Shown here: in pieces, positions 1 through 10,236 of the stretch
Layout of the letters: each line of letters starts with the position of its first letter
How positions within the stretch are numbered: the first letter of the stretch is position 1
NCBI GenBank assembly: GCA_000934665.2
Contig: JYFJ02004425.1
Location: 1 to 32,265, forward strand
Origin: Catajapyx aquilonaris
Taxonomy: Eukaryota
Reading direction: 5' to 3'
DNA length: 32,265 nucleotides
Translations under genes and position numbers: made by a program
The notes under the pieces: model-generated
What the model saw: only the letters and a program-made list of their open reading frames with translations
What the model was told of the DNA's origin: nothing
Database searches by the model: none

Positions 1-225
1 CTTGCTTTCGCAAAGTACCACGCTGTATAGTGTAATATTTAAATTTAATATTGAGTGTCTGTGGTCTGAGATGAGCATGGGTGAGGGGTGGGACGGGTTG
101 TTTATAGGTTTATTTTTACAAGCTTTAATTTACTCATATTTTGGGTTAGCTTGCGGCTCCCGTAATTGCTGACTACCCCTTATAGGGAAATGTCGTGATG
201 GTGATGATGATGATGATGACATTTA

Positions 226-437
226 TGATATAAATTATTAATGCGAGTGTTCATTGACACTCTGCATATTCCCTTGTCATGGGCAGGAAGGAACAGCGTT
301 GACTATAATTATATTGCATTAATTGTGACAGCGGTGACCACATGTGAGGTTAGGTTGTAACAAGGACAGTCCGTGGATGGGTGGAGGAGAAGGGGGCTTG
401 GTGACGTGGGTCGGGAGTAAAATAAATCCGACAGTAC
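226..437. mobile_element. Partial copy (internal part plus right TIR) of the MITE family at 23111-23757
   Basis: 226-307 is nearly identical to 23266-23347. The end ...GGGGGCTTGGTGACGTGGGTCGGGAGTAAAATAAATCCGACAGTAC matches the reverse complement of the left end at 23111. The left part is missing; a (GAT)n run lies just upstream. Confidence 0.85.
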
Positions 438-1162
438 CAAGGGTCAGCTAATTTTGTACCTTAGAAAATCTTCATGAGATTCTGGGTTATTTCAGGGTAT
501 ATCTGGGTCAACAATGTGAACTTTGAAGGTTAGGCAAGAGAGGCAAGTACTGTACCTGTGAGATTGATACATTTTGAAGAAAGAAAGAAAAAAGTAATAA
601 TGGTTAATAAACCTGATGTACGTAAAGAAACTCGAAAACATTTCCTCCCCCCATTTTATGGAAGATAATAAAACTATTTAAATAATGGAAATGTAAGTTG
701 TACATTTTCAGTATTGAGTAACAGGGGACTTCTGGAAGTGTAACAAATTCTTGTTTTTTTTCCAAATTGTGGAGATTGAAACAAATCTAAACATTCAAAA
801 AAGTTTAATTAGAGATTACAGAATACCATATAAATTTGTAATTTATAATATCGTATCAATAAAGCACTGTACAAGTCATGTACACATATAAAGAGATATT
901 TGGGATTACATTTCTTTGCAAAAAACTATGCTAGCAAAGAAGGTGGATAATGTGTTCTTAAATTTTTTTAAAGTAGAGAATGAAGGTCATAACATGATTC
1001 ATAATATATCTAATCTATGCCTTGTGTATAGAAAATGGCAGGAGGTGAATTATCCAGTTATGCTAAATAGTTTCCTAAAATTATGGGAGCAATATGTCCC
1101 CTCTGTTTTGACATCGCTGAATGAAATAGCCTACCCTCTCCTTTGGGACATAGATTATAATA

Positions 1163-1344
1163 CAGTAGACTACAGAATGATATAACAGACTTCAATGGAC
1201 TGCAGAAACCAGGTTGCCATAATCGAGATCTGTTATAGCCAAATACATAGGCCATAAATGGAAGTGTGGCAGGACCAACAGTTCGAGAGTATGCTCTAAC
1301 CGAGAATCTTTTATAGCCAAGGCTGTTATATCCAGAGTCAGCTG
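1163..1344. mobile_element. pogo/Tigger-like MITE, decayed
   Basis: TA|CAGTAGACT..ATATAACAGAC ... GGCTGTTATATCCAGAGTCAGCTG|TA: imperfect TIRs with TA flanks and internal GTTATAGCC repeats. A related remnant lies at 7804-7928. Confidence 0.6.
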
Positions 1345-1709
1345 TACATCGTCGGTGATCATGCAAAACCTTGTATCTCCTGCAAAAACCAATGGAACAT
1401 ACGAGGCTTTGCACGATCACCGACGACATGGAGTTTGTTTGGAGGGACCTTACTCAGGTTGCATAGAAAGTGTTTTGAAGGGTCAGGCAAAATGGACATG
1501 TAAATAATGTGACGAAAAGAAACTACTTTATGTTAATTTAATTTTTAAATAAGTACATAGTTCCCATCATATGGATCTTCTGGTAAGCTGTTACATGTGG
1601 GAGAAAAAATGTCACAATACATCTAAACTACAGAGATGTGCACCACTGACACCAATGTTTTCTGGGCTCAGTCATTGATTAAAATTAACATAATTTACCA
1701 TACAATATA

Positions 1710-2452
1710 CAGGGTGGGGCAAAAGTCATGGGTGGGTTTAAACGACTCACCATGGGGTAAGTAACGAACGATTATATATTTTTAAATTACACTACACAGA
1801 GAAAGATATGCCATTTATGGATCAAGGTCCAAAAAAGTCAATTCTTGAAAACAACACCGGATAGATGGACCACCTTTGCGGGCAACACATATTCCTCCAA
1901 ACGCCGGACGAAACCCTTCATAACACGCTCCAGCATGTCCAGGGAAATGTTTCTCATGGCGTGTCTTATAGCTGATCCTTAATAAGATCAGCCAATGACT
2001 GAGGACGTGTGGTGAACACCGAACAAATTAAAAGTCAAGTATTTCCTGGGAGGGTCATTTCGAGATTTGGGGACATTCCTTGGCCGTCGCGGTCGCTAGA
2101 TTTGACCACCCCCGACTTCTTCTTATGGGGGTACCTGAAGAGTTTGGTGTTCACCACACGTCCTCAGTCATTGGCTGATCTTAAGGATCAGATAAGACAT
2201 GCCGTGAGAAACATTCCCCTGGACATGCTGGAGCACGTTATGAAGGGTTTCGTCCGGCGCTTGGAGGAATAATGTGTTGCCCACAAAGGTGTACATCTAT
2301 CCGGTGTTGTTTTCAAGAAGTGACTTTTTTGGACCTCGATCCATAAATGGCATATCTTCCTCTGTGTAGTGTAATTTAAAAAATATATAATCGTTCATTA
2401 CTTACGCCATGGTGCGTCATTTAAACCAGCCCATGACTTTTGCCCCACCCTG
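1710..2452. mobile_element. Fold-back Tc1/mariner derivative (DD41D/rosa-like transposase remnant) with ~310-bp inverted arms
   Basis: TA|CAGGGTGGGGCAAAAGTCATGGG ... CCCATGACTTTTGCCCCACCCTG|TA; arms 1710-2024 and 2142-2452. ORF 2009-2272 encodes FPGRVISRFGDIPWPSRSLDLTTPDFFLWGYLKS, matching the WPPRSPDLTPxDFFLWGYLK catalytic motif. Confidence 0.92.
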
Positions 2453-2617
2453 TATTAGTTGCCCCAACCAAAATTTTGGAAGCACTTTCTCAAAAGAGAG
2501 GCCAATGCTGCCCCATCGAAATTATACCCGACACCTCTGGCTATACGTAAAAGTACCTTCATATATGCTTATACTTTTTTCTGCACATTAACACAAATCA
2601 TGTAATATACATTATAA

Positions 2618-2924
2618 TAATAATAATAATTCATACTACCCCGTTATCAGCTGGCGGCTCTTTAGGGGGGGGGGGNGGGGAGTTCATCTCAATTTTGTTT
2701 TGACTGGAACTCTTTGCTTTCATTTTACTTCGCTTTTTGGGGTAGGATAGGGATGGAAGGAAGCGGCTTTGGCCTATTATTTAGGAAGCAATCCCGGAAT
2801 TCTCCTGGGGGGACCGTGGGAAACCACAGATAACCACGGTTAGGATTGCCAGCCCCGGGACTCGAACCCAGGACCTCCCGATTAGCAGTCGAACACCTTA
2901 TCCACTCCACCAAACTGCTTCGGT
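2618..2924 (-). mobile_element. tRNA-derived SINE (head type A)
   Basis: Minus strand has A-box TGGTGGAGTGG, B-box GGTTCGAGTCC and an (ATT)n tail. 17-bp TSD TGTAATATACATTATAA at 2601-2617 and 2925-2941. Homologous to 7277 and 8357 copies. Confidence 0.92.
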
Positions 2925-3122
2925 TGTAATATACATTATAAAATTATGTGTTGTATAATGTAACCCTAATCATGTGGCTTGTAGCATATTGCAGGCCTAC
3001 TTCTGGGAGCCCCTTTGCCTGCAGTCCAGCTTCCTGTACTTCTTCCCTCCTCATCCTCCCCCACCCCACCCCACCTCTGCCTCCTGGCCCTGAAAACTAC
3101 ACAATTGATTTCTGTGCTTCAG

Positions 3123-6100
3123 ACAAACAACTAGCACTATACAAGGAAGAATTTGCAACAAAATCAGGTGGACTGAGGCGTGAAATTTCCAGATTGAGAA
3201 AAGAGATGAAAGAGCTGCGGAAGATTCATGCTCTCAAGATAAATGACATGGTAGAAAGGCCTCACCCACATATTGTTGAAACAACTGAATACCGACTAGC
3301 CTTGCACGGACTGAATAATACTGTGAGTATGGCTGGGCAATTCAATGCATAAGTTCCACAAATCTGAACATTATTTTTATTTAGAACCGATCCAAATTTG
3401 TGGAGAGGAGAGCTAATGTAAGTGCACTACATGCCGACAAGTATTTGTATTTGGAGAATAAATATCAAGAGAAATTGAAGGAGATGGGGGTAAGTACTAC
3501 ATTCTTATGCACATTAGGCATTCTTTTTTTTGACATTCTTATGCACATTAGTTGAAAGCTTGACACTTATGCTTGTTACAGAATGTTCTAAATAGCATGC
3601 ACGAATTTTATATGGACCGTTGCATGAATGCAAAATTTAAAGAAACAATTCGGAAATCACTGCTGCTTGAGGCTGAGTATTATAATATGCTGCGTCAATT
3701 AGATACTGGCAAGATGATGAAAAAGAAGTACAATGGAATGATACGATATCTCAAGGGAGTAAGTGACATGCCCAATAGCTATCCTTTACCTCATCCCCTG
3801 CAGCAAGGGTTTATGTTACTGAGTATTTTGTGAATGAAGGGGAAATGTGCAACTTGCTTATAGGCCTACCAGACAGTGTCAGTTTGTTGCAGGAAAGTAA
3901 AAAATTTTATTTGAATATCACGACCATCATAATTGTCATAATCATCCTTATATAATACTCGCAATATCAATTGTCATTATAAAAATTATTACCTTCCACA
4001 TTCCCCTGCAATCTGTGACATGCCAGTAAATTTGGCTTGACCATATTTTAAAAACATGCATCTGGTGCCTATACTGGCATGCCAGTATAAGGTGGGATAG
4101 GCTGGTATAGAGCAGGGTTTTGTCTGTTTTGACCTCTGGAAAGGGCGCTCTTTTTTTGAGTTGCAAAATGAGGGTCAACACATTGTAGTTTTATGTTCTC
4201 TTCCCCATCACATCTTCATCACCAATAAGGAATGGCTACTGTACATAAATCATAGTTGCCAAATTTTAGACAAAAAAATTCCTTCGTCTACACTCCATTA
4301 TCTGAGGACAAGTCAACATGGTGATGGTGGCATGAGCATTACAGTACGTTGGCACTGCAGTTTTCGACCCCCCCCCCCCTCCCGCCCTTTAAACTAAATT
4401 ATGGGCAGTCCTAGCTACCGAAAAACTACTGTCTCTACACCAACATGACAGTGTGATTCCCAATTCTCTAAATAAACTTACATTTAATCAAGCGCGGCAT
4501 GGTGGTCTGGTGGTTACACCACTGGCCAGCCAAGTGGGAGGCCGGGGTTCAAATCTCGTCCCTGTCACCTCTGCTTGGCCAGGTCTTTTTCCGCTTTTCA
4601 CCCAACATGCCAGGGCAGAATTGCACTCCCTACTCTGCCCAGGGCTAGGAGAAAAGGTCTGGTGTTAAAGAATGTCAGAAATGGCTATCGCATGGCGCCC
4701 TCCCTTGGGAACCTCCCCTTCCCCCCTAAGAGGGCCTCGAGCCCTATCATGGGGTTAAAAAAAACAAAAAACAAACCCCCCCCCTCAAAAAAAAACTTAA
4801 GGCTCATTCACACAGGCCGTCGACGGTTTTGGTTTTGGTTTTGGTTTTGGTTTTGGTTTTGGACCAATCAGAGCGGGCCCTCACGGTAACCATGACGCGT
4901 TGTGTACGTGAGGGCCCGTTCTGATTGGTCCGCGGCGTCGACGAGACCAAAAACCAAAACCGTCGACGGCCTGTGTGAATGGGCCTTTACATTTAATCAA
5001 ATCAATGGTAGTTGAACAATGAGGCAACACCTCAAGTGGGGTGTTACCATGGGGTATAATTATCATGCTTGCTTGCATTTTAAATTTTATTAAAATCATT
5101 GTTCATAAGAAAAATGCAGCTAAAAAATTGGACGTTACCTGCAATTGCCATAAAAATTGAAGTTAAAATTCCAGCAGGTTCCTAGCACCTTCTGTGACCA
5201 TTTCAAATGTGAAAAATTGCAAAAGATTCTCAGCTTTCAAGCCCAGGTTTTCACTACTGAAACAACAAAATAATATTTAAAAACTGAGTTTCACTTCATC
5301 TAATATGAAGCTATTTGGAGCAACTTCCAATAAAAATTACAGTGCCTCAGAACAAACTGGAAGACCAAGCAAAGGTGACGGGGACGGGATTTAAACCCTG
5401 GACCTCCTGCTTGGCTGGCTAGTGACATAATCACTTGACCACCGTGCCTCCCCAAACGTATATATTTTTATCATCATTGTGTTGGAAAATGTACGTAAGT
5501 GCAAATCTAGTAAATACATCAAGATATTTGTTTGTTGACTTCCAGGATGCTAACCTCTACCACAAGACTCAAAAAGGAGTGGAGAAGAAAGTAGCTCAGC
5601 AAAGAGTCGAATTGGACATGATGAGGGACACCTGGGAGGAGATAGCCTACATGAATCAGGATCTTAAATATCTGTCAAGAGAAGAACGTGCTTTACTATC
5701 TGATCGGAGGGATCGCATCCTATATCGCAAGGGCATGGCACTAGAGCTACAGGGAGTTAAAGCTGGCAACTTCAGGATATGCAGGCATATGAAGGTTTGC
5801 ACTTGAATGCATTATATCTAATTACTAAACCAATTTGGCCTCTTTTTGTCTAGCCCCCAGCCTTAATCAAACGTACCAAAAAAGTTCCCCGTCCACCAAA
5901 TGCATTTGACCGTGCATTTGAAGAAATGGAACGCAAGCTAGAACACCTGAAAGACATCATGCAATGCCTTGACTTTGAGGATTTGCCTGTCCGAGTCAGA
6001 GAGCTGCAGCGAGTGAATAAGTTGCTTAAAGATCGCGCTAATTTAGAGATGGATCAAGTATTAAGGCTTGAAGGACTTCGAAACAAAGTAAGAAAAATTG

Positions 6101-6765
6101 TGAACGCCATAACCAACCGTGGAGTGCATCGAGCCAAGAAGTTTGTGGTGTTCAGATTAATGGTTGAAAAATATTTAATGGCAAACCGGCGACGTACAAA
6201 GAAGTATTCACGTACTGTCAAACTTGCGTTGAAGGCTTCCTGTAGGATAACATTTGGAGTCTGGGTTTTGATAGACATCATGGACTTTGTGAAGATCCCT
6301 GAGGAACCAGAGGATGCAGAGCCAGAAAATTGTGATGGTCAGTAACTTGGAGGTGTCACTGACTTGCAGAAATGCTAATAAATTTATCTTGTAGATATGA
6401 TGATGAAGTTGGCACGTAGCAAGCTATTAAAACTGACAAAATATATGGAGGGACACAATGTGAGTGAAGATCTTTCTGCAGCAATCAAGCGCCATCAGTC
6501 TGAATTACCCGACGGGCTGTGCTTGTACCCCATCACGTGCATTCCTGTGGAGTTAGATGATGAACTTGAACTCAGTAAGAATTAATGTAGACTTATGTGT
6601 TTTGTATTTGCCAATGCCTCTGTAACCCTTGCAGCGTTTGACGAAGATGATGACGCTGATGACGAAGACGTATATAACCGTGAGGACGTCAAGATGTACT
6701 CAAGGCTGCTGTACATCCGCAAGACTGCCAGGCCTGGCTTCTTTGAACAATTCCAAAAACAATAG
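3123..6765 (+). CDS. Coiled-coil protein, ODAD3/CCDC151-family-like (outer dynein arm docking complex), 5'-partial
   Basis: Phase-consistent GT-AG exons 3123-3322, 3385-3489, 3582-3758, 5546-5794, 5854-6337, 6395-6574, 6635-6765 (TAG) give about 508 codons. Heptad-rich. YNGMIRYLKGDANLYHKTQKGVEKKVAQQRVEL, EEMERKLEHLKDIMQC and the acidic tail DEDDDADDEDVYNREDVKMYSRLLY resemble CCDC151 from memory. Gene structure is strong, family call moderate. Start exon not located (exon 3123 needs a phase-1 donor). Confidence 0.8.
4492..4792 (+). mobile_element. tRNA-derived SINE (head type B) in intron 3 of the coiled-coil gene
   Basis: A-box-like TGGTCTGGTGG, B-box GGTTCAAATC, A-rich tail. 18-bp TSD AAACTTACATTTAATCAA at 4474-4491; the right copy is split by a MITE (4793-4799 plus 4990-5000). 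Confidence 0.88.
4800..4986. mobile_element. PIF/Harbinger (Tourist-like) MITE
   Basis: TTA|AGGCTCATTCACACAGGCCGTCGACGGTTTTGG ... CCAAAACCGTCGACGGCCTGTGTGAATGGGCCT|TTA: 3-bp TTA TSD. Inner inverted repeat GGACCAATCAGA..GGGCCCTCACG / CGTGAGGGCCC..TCTGATTGGTCC. Confidence 0.9.
5363..5453 (-). mobile_element. SINE head fragment (type B)
   Basis: Reverse complement GGCACGGTGGTCAAGTG...GCCAGCCAAGCAGGAGGTCCAGGGTTTAAATCCCGTCCCGTCACCTTTGCTTGG aligns with 4496-4579. Confidence 0.8.
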
Positions 6766-7276
6766 TTGCAGGGACAGTAATATAACTGTATGCCTATTAC
6801 TTCATGATTTGTTTAGAGGCACCCGTCAAAATTTTAGTAAAGTTTATTTATTTAATTTGCTAATATTAGGTTTGTTTTATTGTGAAACAAGTAATTCCAA
6901 GATCCCAAGGAAAATGGAGTGGAAGATGTCACTAATTATATTTGATCGTAGGTTGAAGTGGCATACGTGCTGCCCGCTGAAAATTGAGGGTCGAACCTGG
7001 CAAAAAGAGGGTCACACATGCCATGGGATGTGTGACCCTATTTTTCCTTATTCCCCATTCCTCCTACAAATCACCGGTTGCAAGTCACTGCTTACAACGT
7101 AGCAGCTATGTGCAATTTTCTGATAACTGTTCGGACAAAAAAGATGAGACACCCTGTATATTTAGCCCACCTGTAAAATAATTAGGAAAGACCAGAAAAT
7201 AACGTAATTTTATCTGCCAATTTTTTGTTGCTAAATGTACCAAAAAAGTATGATTTTGAGTAACTGAGATCAGTGA

Positions 7277-7684
7277 ACCGAAGCAGTAGTGGTGGAGTGG
7301 ATATGGTGTCCGACTGCTAATCGGGAGGTCCTGGGTTCGAATCCCGGAGGCCGGCGATCCTGACCTTGGTTTTCTGTGGTTTCCCAAGGTCGCCCCAGGA
7401 AAAATTTCCGGGATCGTACCGTACAATAGGCCACAGCCGCTTCCTTCCTTGCCCTGCCCTGGAGGAGGTGCGGGTCAGTGGGGTTTCCGACTCGCATCTG
7501 GAGGTCATCTATGGCGAACGGGCTCCCTGAGGGACTGCACAACACGACCCCCAACTTGATGACATTGCACATGCACCAGTGTCCCCCCCTCCTATCCCTA
7601 CCCTGTCCCTGCACGATAGGGGTAATCCACTCCCCTAAGAGAGCTCGTGGCTCTAGCACGGGGTATATCTTTAAAAAAAAAAAC
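7277..7684 (+). mobile_element. tRNA-derived SINE (head A plus body shared with the 18673 SINE)
   Basis: ACCGAAGCAG..TGGTGGAGTGG..GGTTCGAATCC head; central GGTTTTCTGTGGTTTCCC..AGGCCACAGCCGCTTCCTTCC domain; poly(A) tail. Possible TSD CAGTGA at 7271-7276 and 7685-7690. Confidence 0.9.
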
Positions 7685-7803
7685 CAGTGACAGATGCGAA
7701 GCGACTCACCCCTCCAGTATCCTCTGCCTTCTTGCACATGGGAAAGGAAGTTGAATAATCAAAAACAGCATATTTTCCCACTGAGGTGAGGGGCCTAGAA
7801 ATG

Positions 7804-7928
7804 GTCTGTTATAGCCGAGGTGACGTGAAGATGAGTAGGCCTATGTTATATCAGGAGTAAAAATACACAGGGCCTTATGGAAGTATGGCGGGATCGGCCT
7901 TTCCAGTCTGTTATAACTGGAGCCACTG
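7804..7928. mobile_element. Remnant right end of the pogo/Tigger-like MITE family at 1163-1344
   Basis: TCTGTTATAGCC..., GGCCTTATGGAAGTATGGCGGGA and terminal GTTATAACTGGAGCCACTG|TA resemble 1230-1346. Confidence 0.5.
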
Positions 7929-8048
7929 TACTTCAATATTTCTGAGAGAACCATAATACAGTAAGCTATTATTTTCATTTTTAACGTGTTTATTGCTGTG
8001 TTTCAAAATTTCTTTGCTCCTCTTTATTATCTGACCTTTTTTGTAAAT

Positions 8049-8305
8049 GAAGAGCAGCAAAGCAAAACCCGCAAGATCCATCACAAACTTTTCTATAGAT
8101 CTTGCTGGTTTTGCTTGCACTATGCTGCTGGATCTTGCGGTATTTGCTTGAATTGACAGTTTTTGGGCTCATATACTATGGAACTAACACATTTTGCCCG
8201 ATCAGCTTTGAACACCGCATCACACCCTATGTGATGGACAATATGCCATGCCTAACTCGTTTCCCGCCAACATTGGATCTTGCGGGTTTTGCTTTGCCGC
8301 TCCTC
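8049..8305. mobile_element. Sola-like MITE
   Basis: AAAT|GAAGAGCAGCAAAGCAAAACCCGCAAGATCCA ... TGGATCTTGCGGGTTTTGCTTTGCCGCTCCTC|AAAT: ~32-bp TIRs, 4-bp TSD, internal GATCTTGC repeats. Superfamily inferred from the 4-bp AWWT TSD and GRG-like terminus. Confidence 0.8.
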
Positions 8306-8356
8306 AAATATAAAGTAGCTGTTTGGTGCACTTAATGGGCCAACATTCAGGTGGTT

Positions 8357-8675
8357 ATTTAATTAAATAATTTTTTATTTATATTTACCCATTGGGAGAA
8401 TCTGCGCTCCATTAGGGGGTGGAATACCACCATTTTACCACTGAATTTTTCTGAACTACTTCTTCACACATGTGTGGGGGGCCAAGGATAGGGAAGGAAG
8501 GTAGCGGCTGTGGCCTATTGTACGGAAGCAACCCCGGAATTATCCTGGAGAGACCGTGGAAAACCACAGAAAACCCCTGTCAGGGTCACTGGCCCCGGGG
8601 ATCGAACCCAGGACCCCCAGGCCCTCCTGATTAGCAGTACGACTCCTTAACCATTACACCAACCTGCTTCGGTTG
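8357..8675 (-). mobile_element. tRNA-derived SINE (head A)
   Basis: Head and central domain homologous to the 2618 and 7277 copies. Approximate TSD ATTCAGGTGGTT (8345-8356) / ATTCCGGTGGTT (8676-8687). 3' part resembles the end of the 18673 SINE. Confidence 0.88.
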
Positions 8676-8816
8676 ATTCCGGTGGTTTTAGCACTCCATG
8701 TAGGATCTCCAAGCAGCATGGGCAACTCCATCCTTCTCCCAGAGAAGCTCACAATAATAATTGGTGGATCCCCAAGATCACGACTAAAACTAATGCCAAA
8801 ACCACCTGGGTGTAGA

Positions 8817-9034
8817 CAGTGCCAGATTTACCCCCTCGGCCGCCGCTAGGCAGTTGAGATCCCCCCCCGCCCCCCAATGCCACTTAAAAATGCATTTTTT
8901 TTGTCGAGCTCTCTCCTTCATTTCATTTTATTCAAATTTATATTTCAACTCTTTCAACTTATGGCCACCCCCGGAGGGCGGCTGCGGCTGCAGCCTCTCT
9001 TAGGCTTTTCTGCCTAGTGGCAAATCCGGCACTG
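8817..9034. mobile_element. hAT-like MITE
   Basis: TIRs CAGTGCCAGATTT / AAATCCGGCACTG with subterminal CTAGGCA/TGCCTAG. The immediate 8-bp flanks do not match (see findings). Confidence 0.7.
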
Positions 9035-9088
9035 GGAAACCCCTGGCAACATTTTTGAAATTTAAAATGGTTTTGCCTTTATTTCCTA

Positions 9089-9630
9089 CTAGCAGCGGTA
9101 CCCGTTCTTCGCACGGGGAAAAAAAGGGCGTGGATAATTACACCGAAATCTCGGATCTCAGGCAATATTAAATGCAAAACTGCTCATTCCCTTGCATATT
9201 ATGTAGGCACTGGAAGGGTGTAAAAATTCTGGTTTGTTTGCGTAATAAAGAGCCACGCAACTATGGCTATGTGGTTATCAGAATACAAAAAGGTGGGACA
9301 GATGGAGAGAGAAACAAAGAGGACCAGAGAGGAAAGACTGGTATCTCTCTTAGCCTGTCTCCTATCCCAAAGACCTGTCCAACTTGGGCGGCCCTACCAG
9401 TAGACGAAACTACCGCCGGCATAGCTCTTCAGGATCATGGGAAAATGAAAGCCCACCATCACGGCAAGGTGGAGATACATTGGGGGGAGGGGACATAAAA
9501 AATTTGGATAAAAAAATTGGGGGAAGTGCAAAATTTGAAACCATTTACAGGCCTGTTTCTGTGGTAATCACCAACAAAATTCTGTTGCCACAGGCAAACA
9601 AATTTTATTTTTTTGCCTTACATACGTAGA
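9089..9630 (-). mobile_element. Non-autonomous Helitron
   Basis: Minus strand begins A|TCTACGTATGTAA and ends with hairpin CCCGT-GCGAAGA-ACGGG followed shortly by CTAG|T; inserted between A and T without a TSD. Confidence 0.75.
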
Positions 9631-9753
9631 TTATCAAAATATGTTATTTCTTAATTAATTTATAGCAGCAAACCTGTGTGTAGTGTCTGGTACATATGTT
9701 GAACTTGGTGTCAGTCAACGTACACATAAGTGATTGAAAGCGGAGGGATAATT

Positions 9754-10212
9754 GAACAGTGTTATGCAATAATGGGTCAACCCACAAAAATGTCATAATT
9801 GAGCCAAGCCCAGGAACATACACCTAAAGCAGAGATTCTTAACCTTTTAGGGCCTCCGCACCCCTTTGTAGACATATTGGTCCTTGTCGCACCCCCTTTA
9901 CCAGGGGTGATTGATTACGTTCATAGTTAGACCAGTTATTAGCTCTTGGTTAGATTAAGTCCAGAGGTGCACCTTGCTCGCACCCCCAGGGAAGCCACCT
10001 CGCACCCCCTGGAGGTGCGGGCTCCCCAGGCTAAGAACCTCTGGCCTAAAGAATCCTACTTAATTCAGTTAAAATAACGCTGGTGAAATAATCTGCATGC
10101 TTCTGCCATAAATGACCGAAAAGAACACTGAATTTCACGGGTATGACCTTCAAAGCCCTTTTTCTCAAAACTGGTCTCGCGTGGGTTGACGCATTATCGC
10201 ATAACACCGTCC
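9754..10212. mobile_element. Unclassified TIR element hosting a hAT MITE
   Basis: ~32-bp imperfect TIRs GAACAGTGTTATGCAATAATGGGTCAACCCAC / GTGGGTTGACGCATTATCGCATAACACCGTCC; TSD unclear. Confidence 0.65.
9830..10043. mobile_element. hAT (Charlie-like) MITE
   Basis: TIRs CAGAGATTCTTAACCT / AGGCTAAGAACCTCTG; 8-bp TSD ACCTAAAG / GCCTAAAG; repeated CGCACCCC subterminal motifs. Confidence 0.88.
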
Positions 10213-10236
10213 AGGTCCAATATTATCAAAATAATA

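Noticed and set aside
2664..2680. G-run with an N as a G-quadruplex element
   Set aside because: Homopolymer within a SINE 3' region containing an ambiguous base; its length is unreliable.
2948..3122. Pro-rich N-terminus of ORF 2948-3352
   Set aside because: Non-ATG start and a pyrimidine-rich tract ending in an acceptor at 3122; most likely intronic.
4721..4756. SINE 3' stem-loop as a twister ribozyme (CC-UAA start)
   Set aside because: Lacks the twister core and pseudoknot segments (GUCCC-AAGC and GAGGG-like); only a simple bulged hairpin.
4825..4862. (TTTTGG)n as a telomeric repeat
   Set aside because: Only six units, part of a MITE arm and mirrored by CCAAAA on the other arm.
7277..7360. 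tRNA-Ser(GCT)-like sequence (GACTGCTAATC arm, A/B boxes); also at 2845-2924 and 8590-8675
   Set aside because: No proper acceptor stem or long variable arm; each continues into a SINE body with a tail and TSD, so these are SINE heads.
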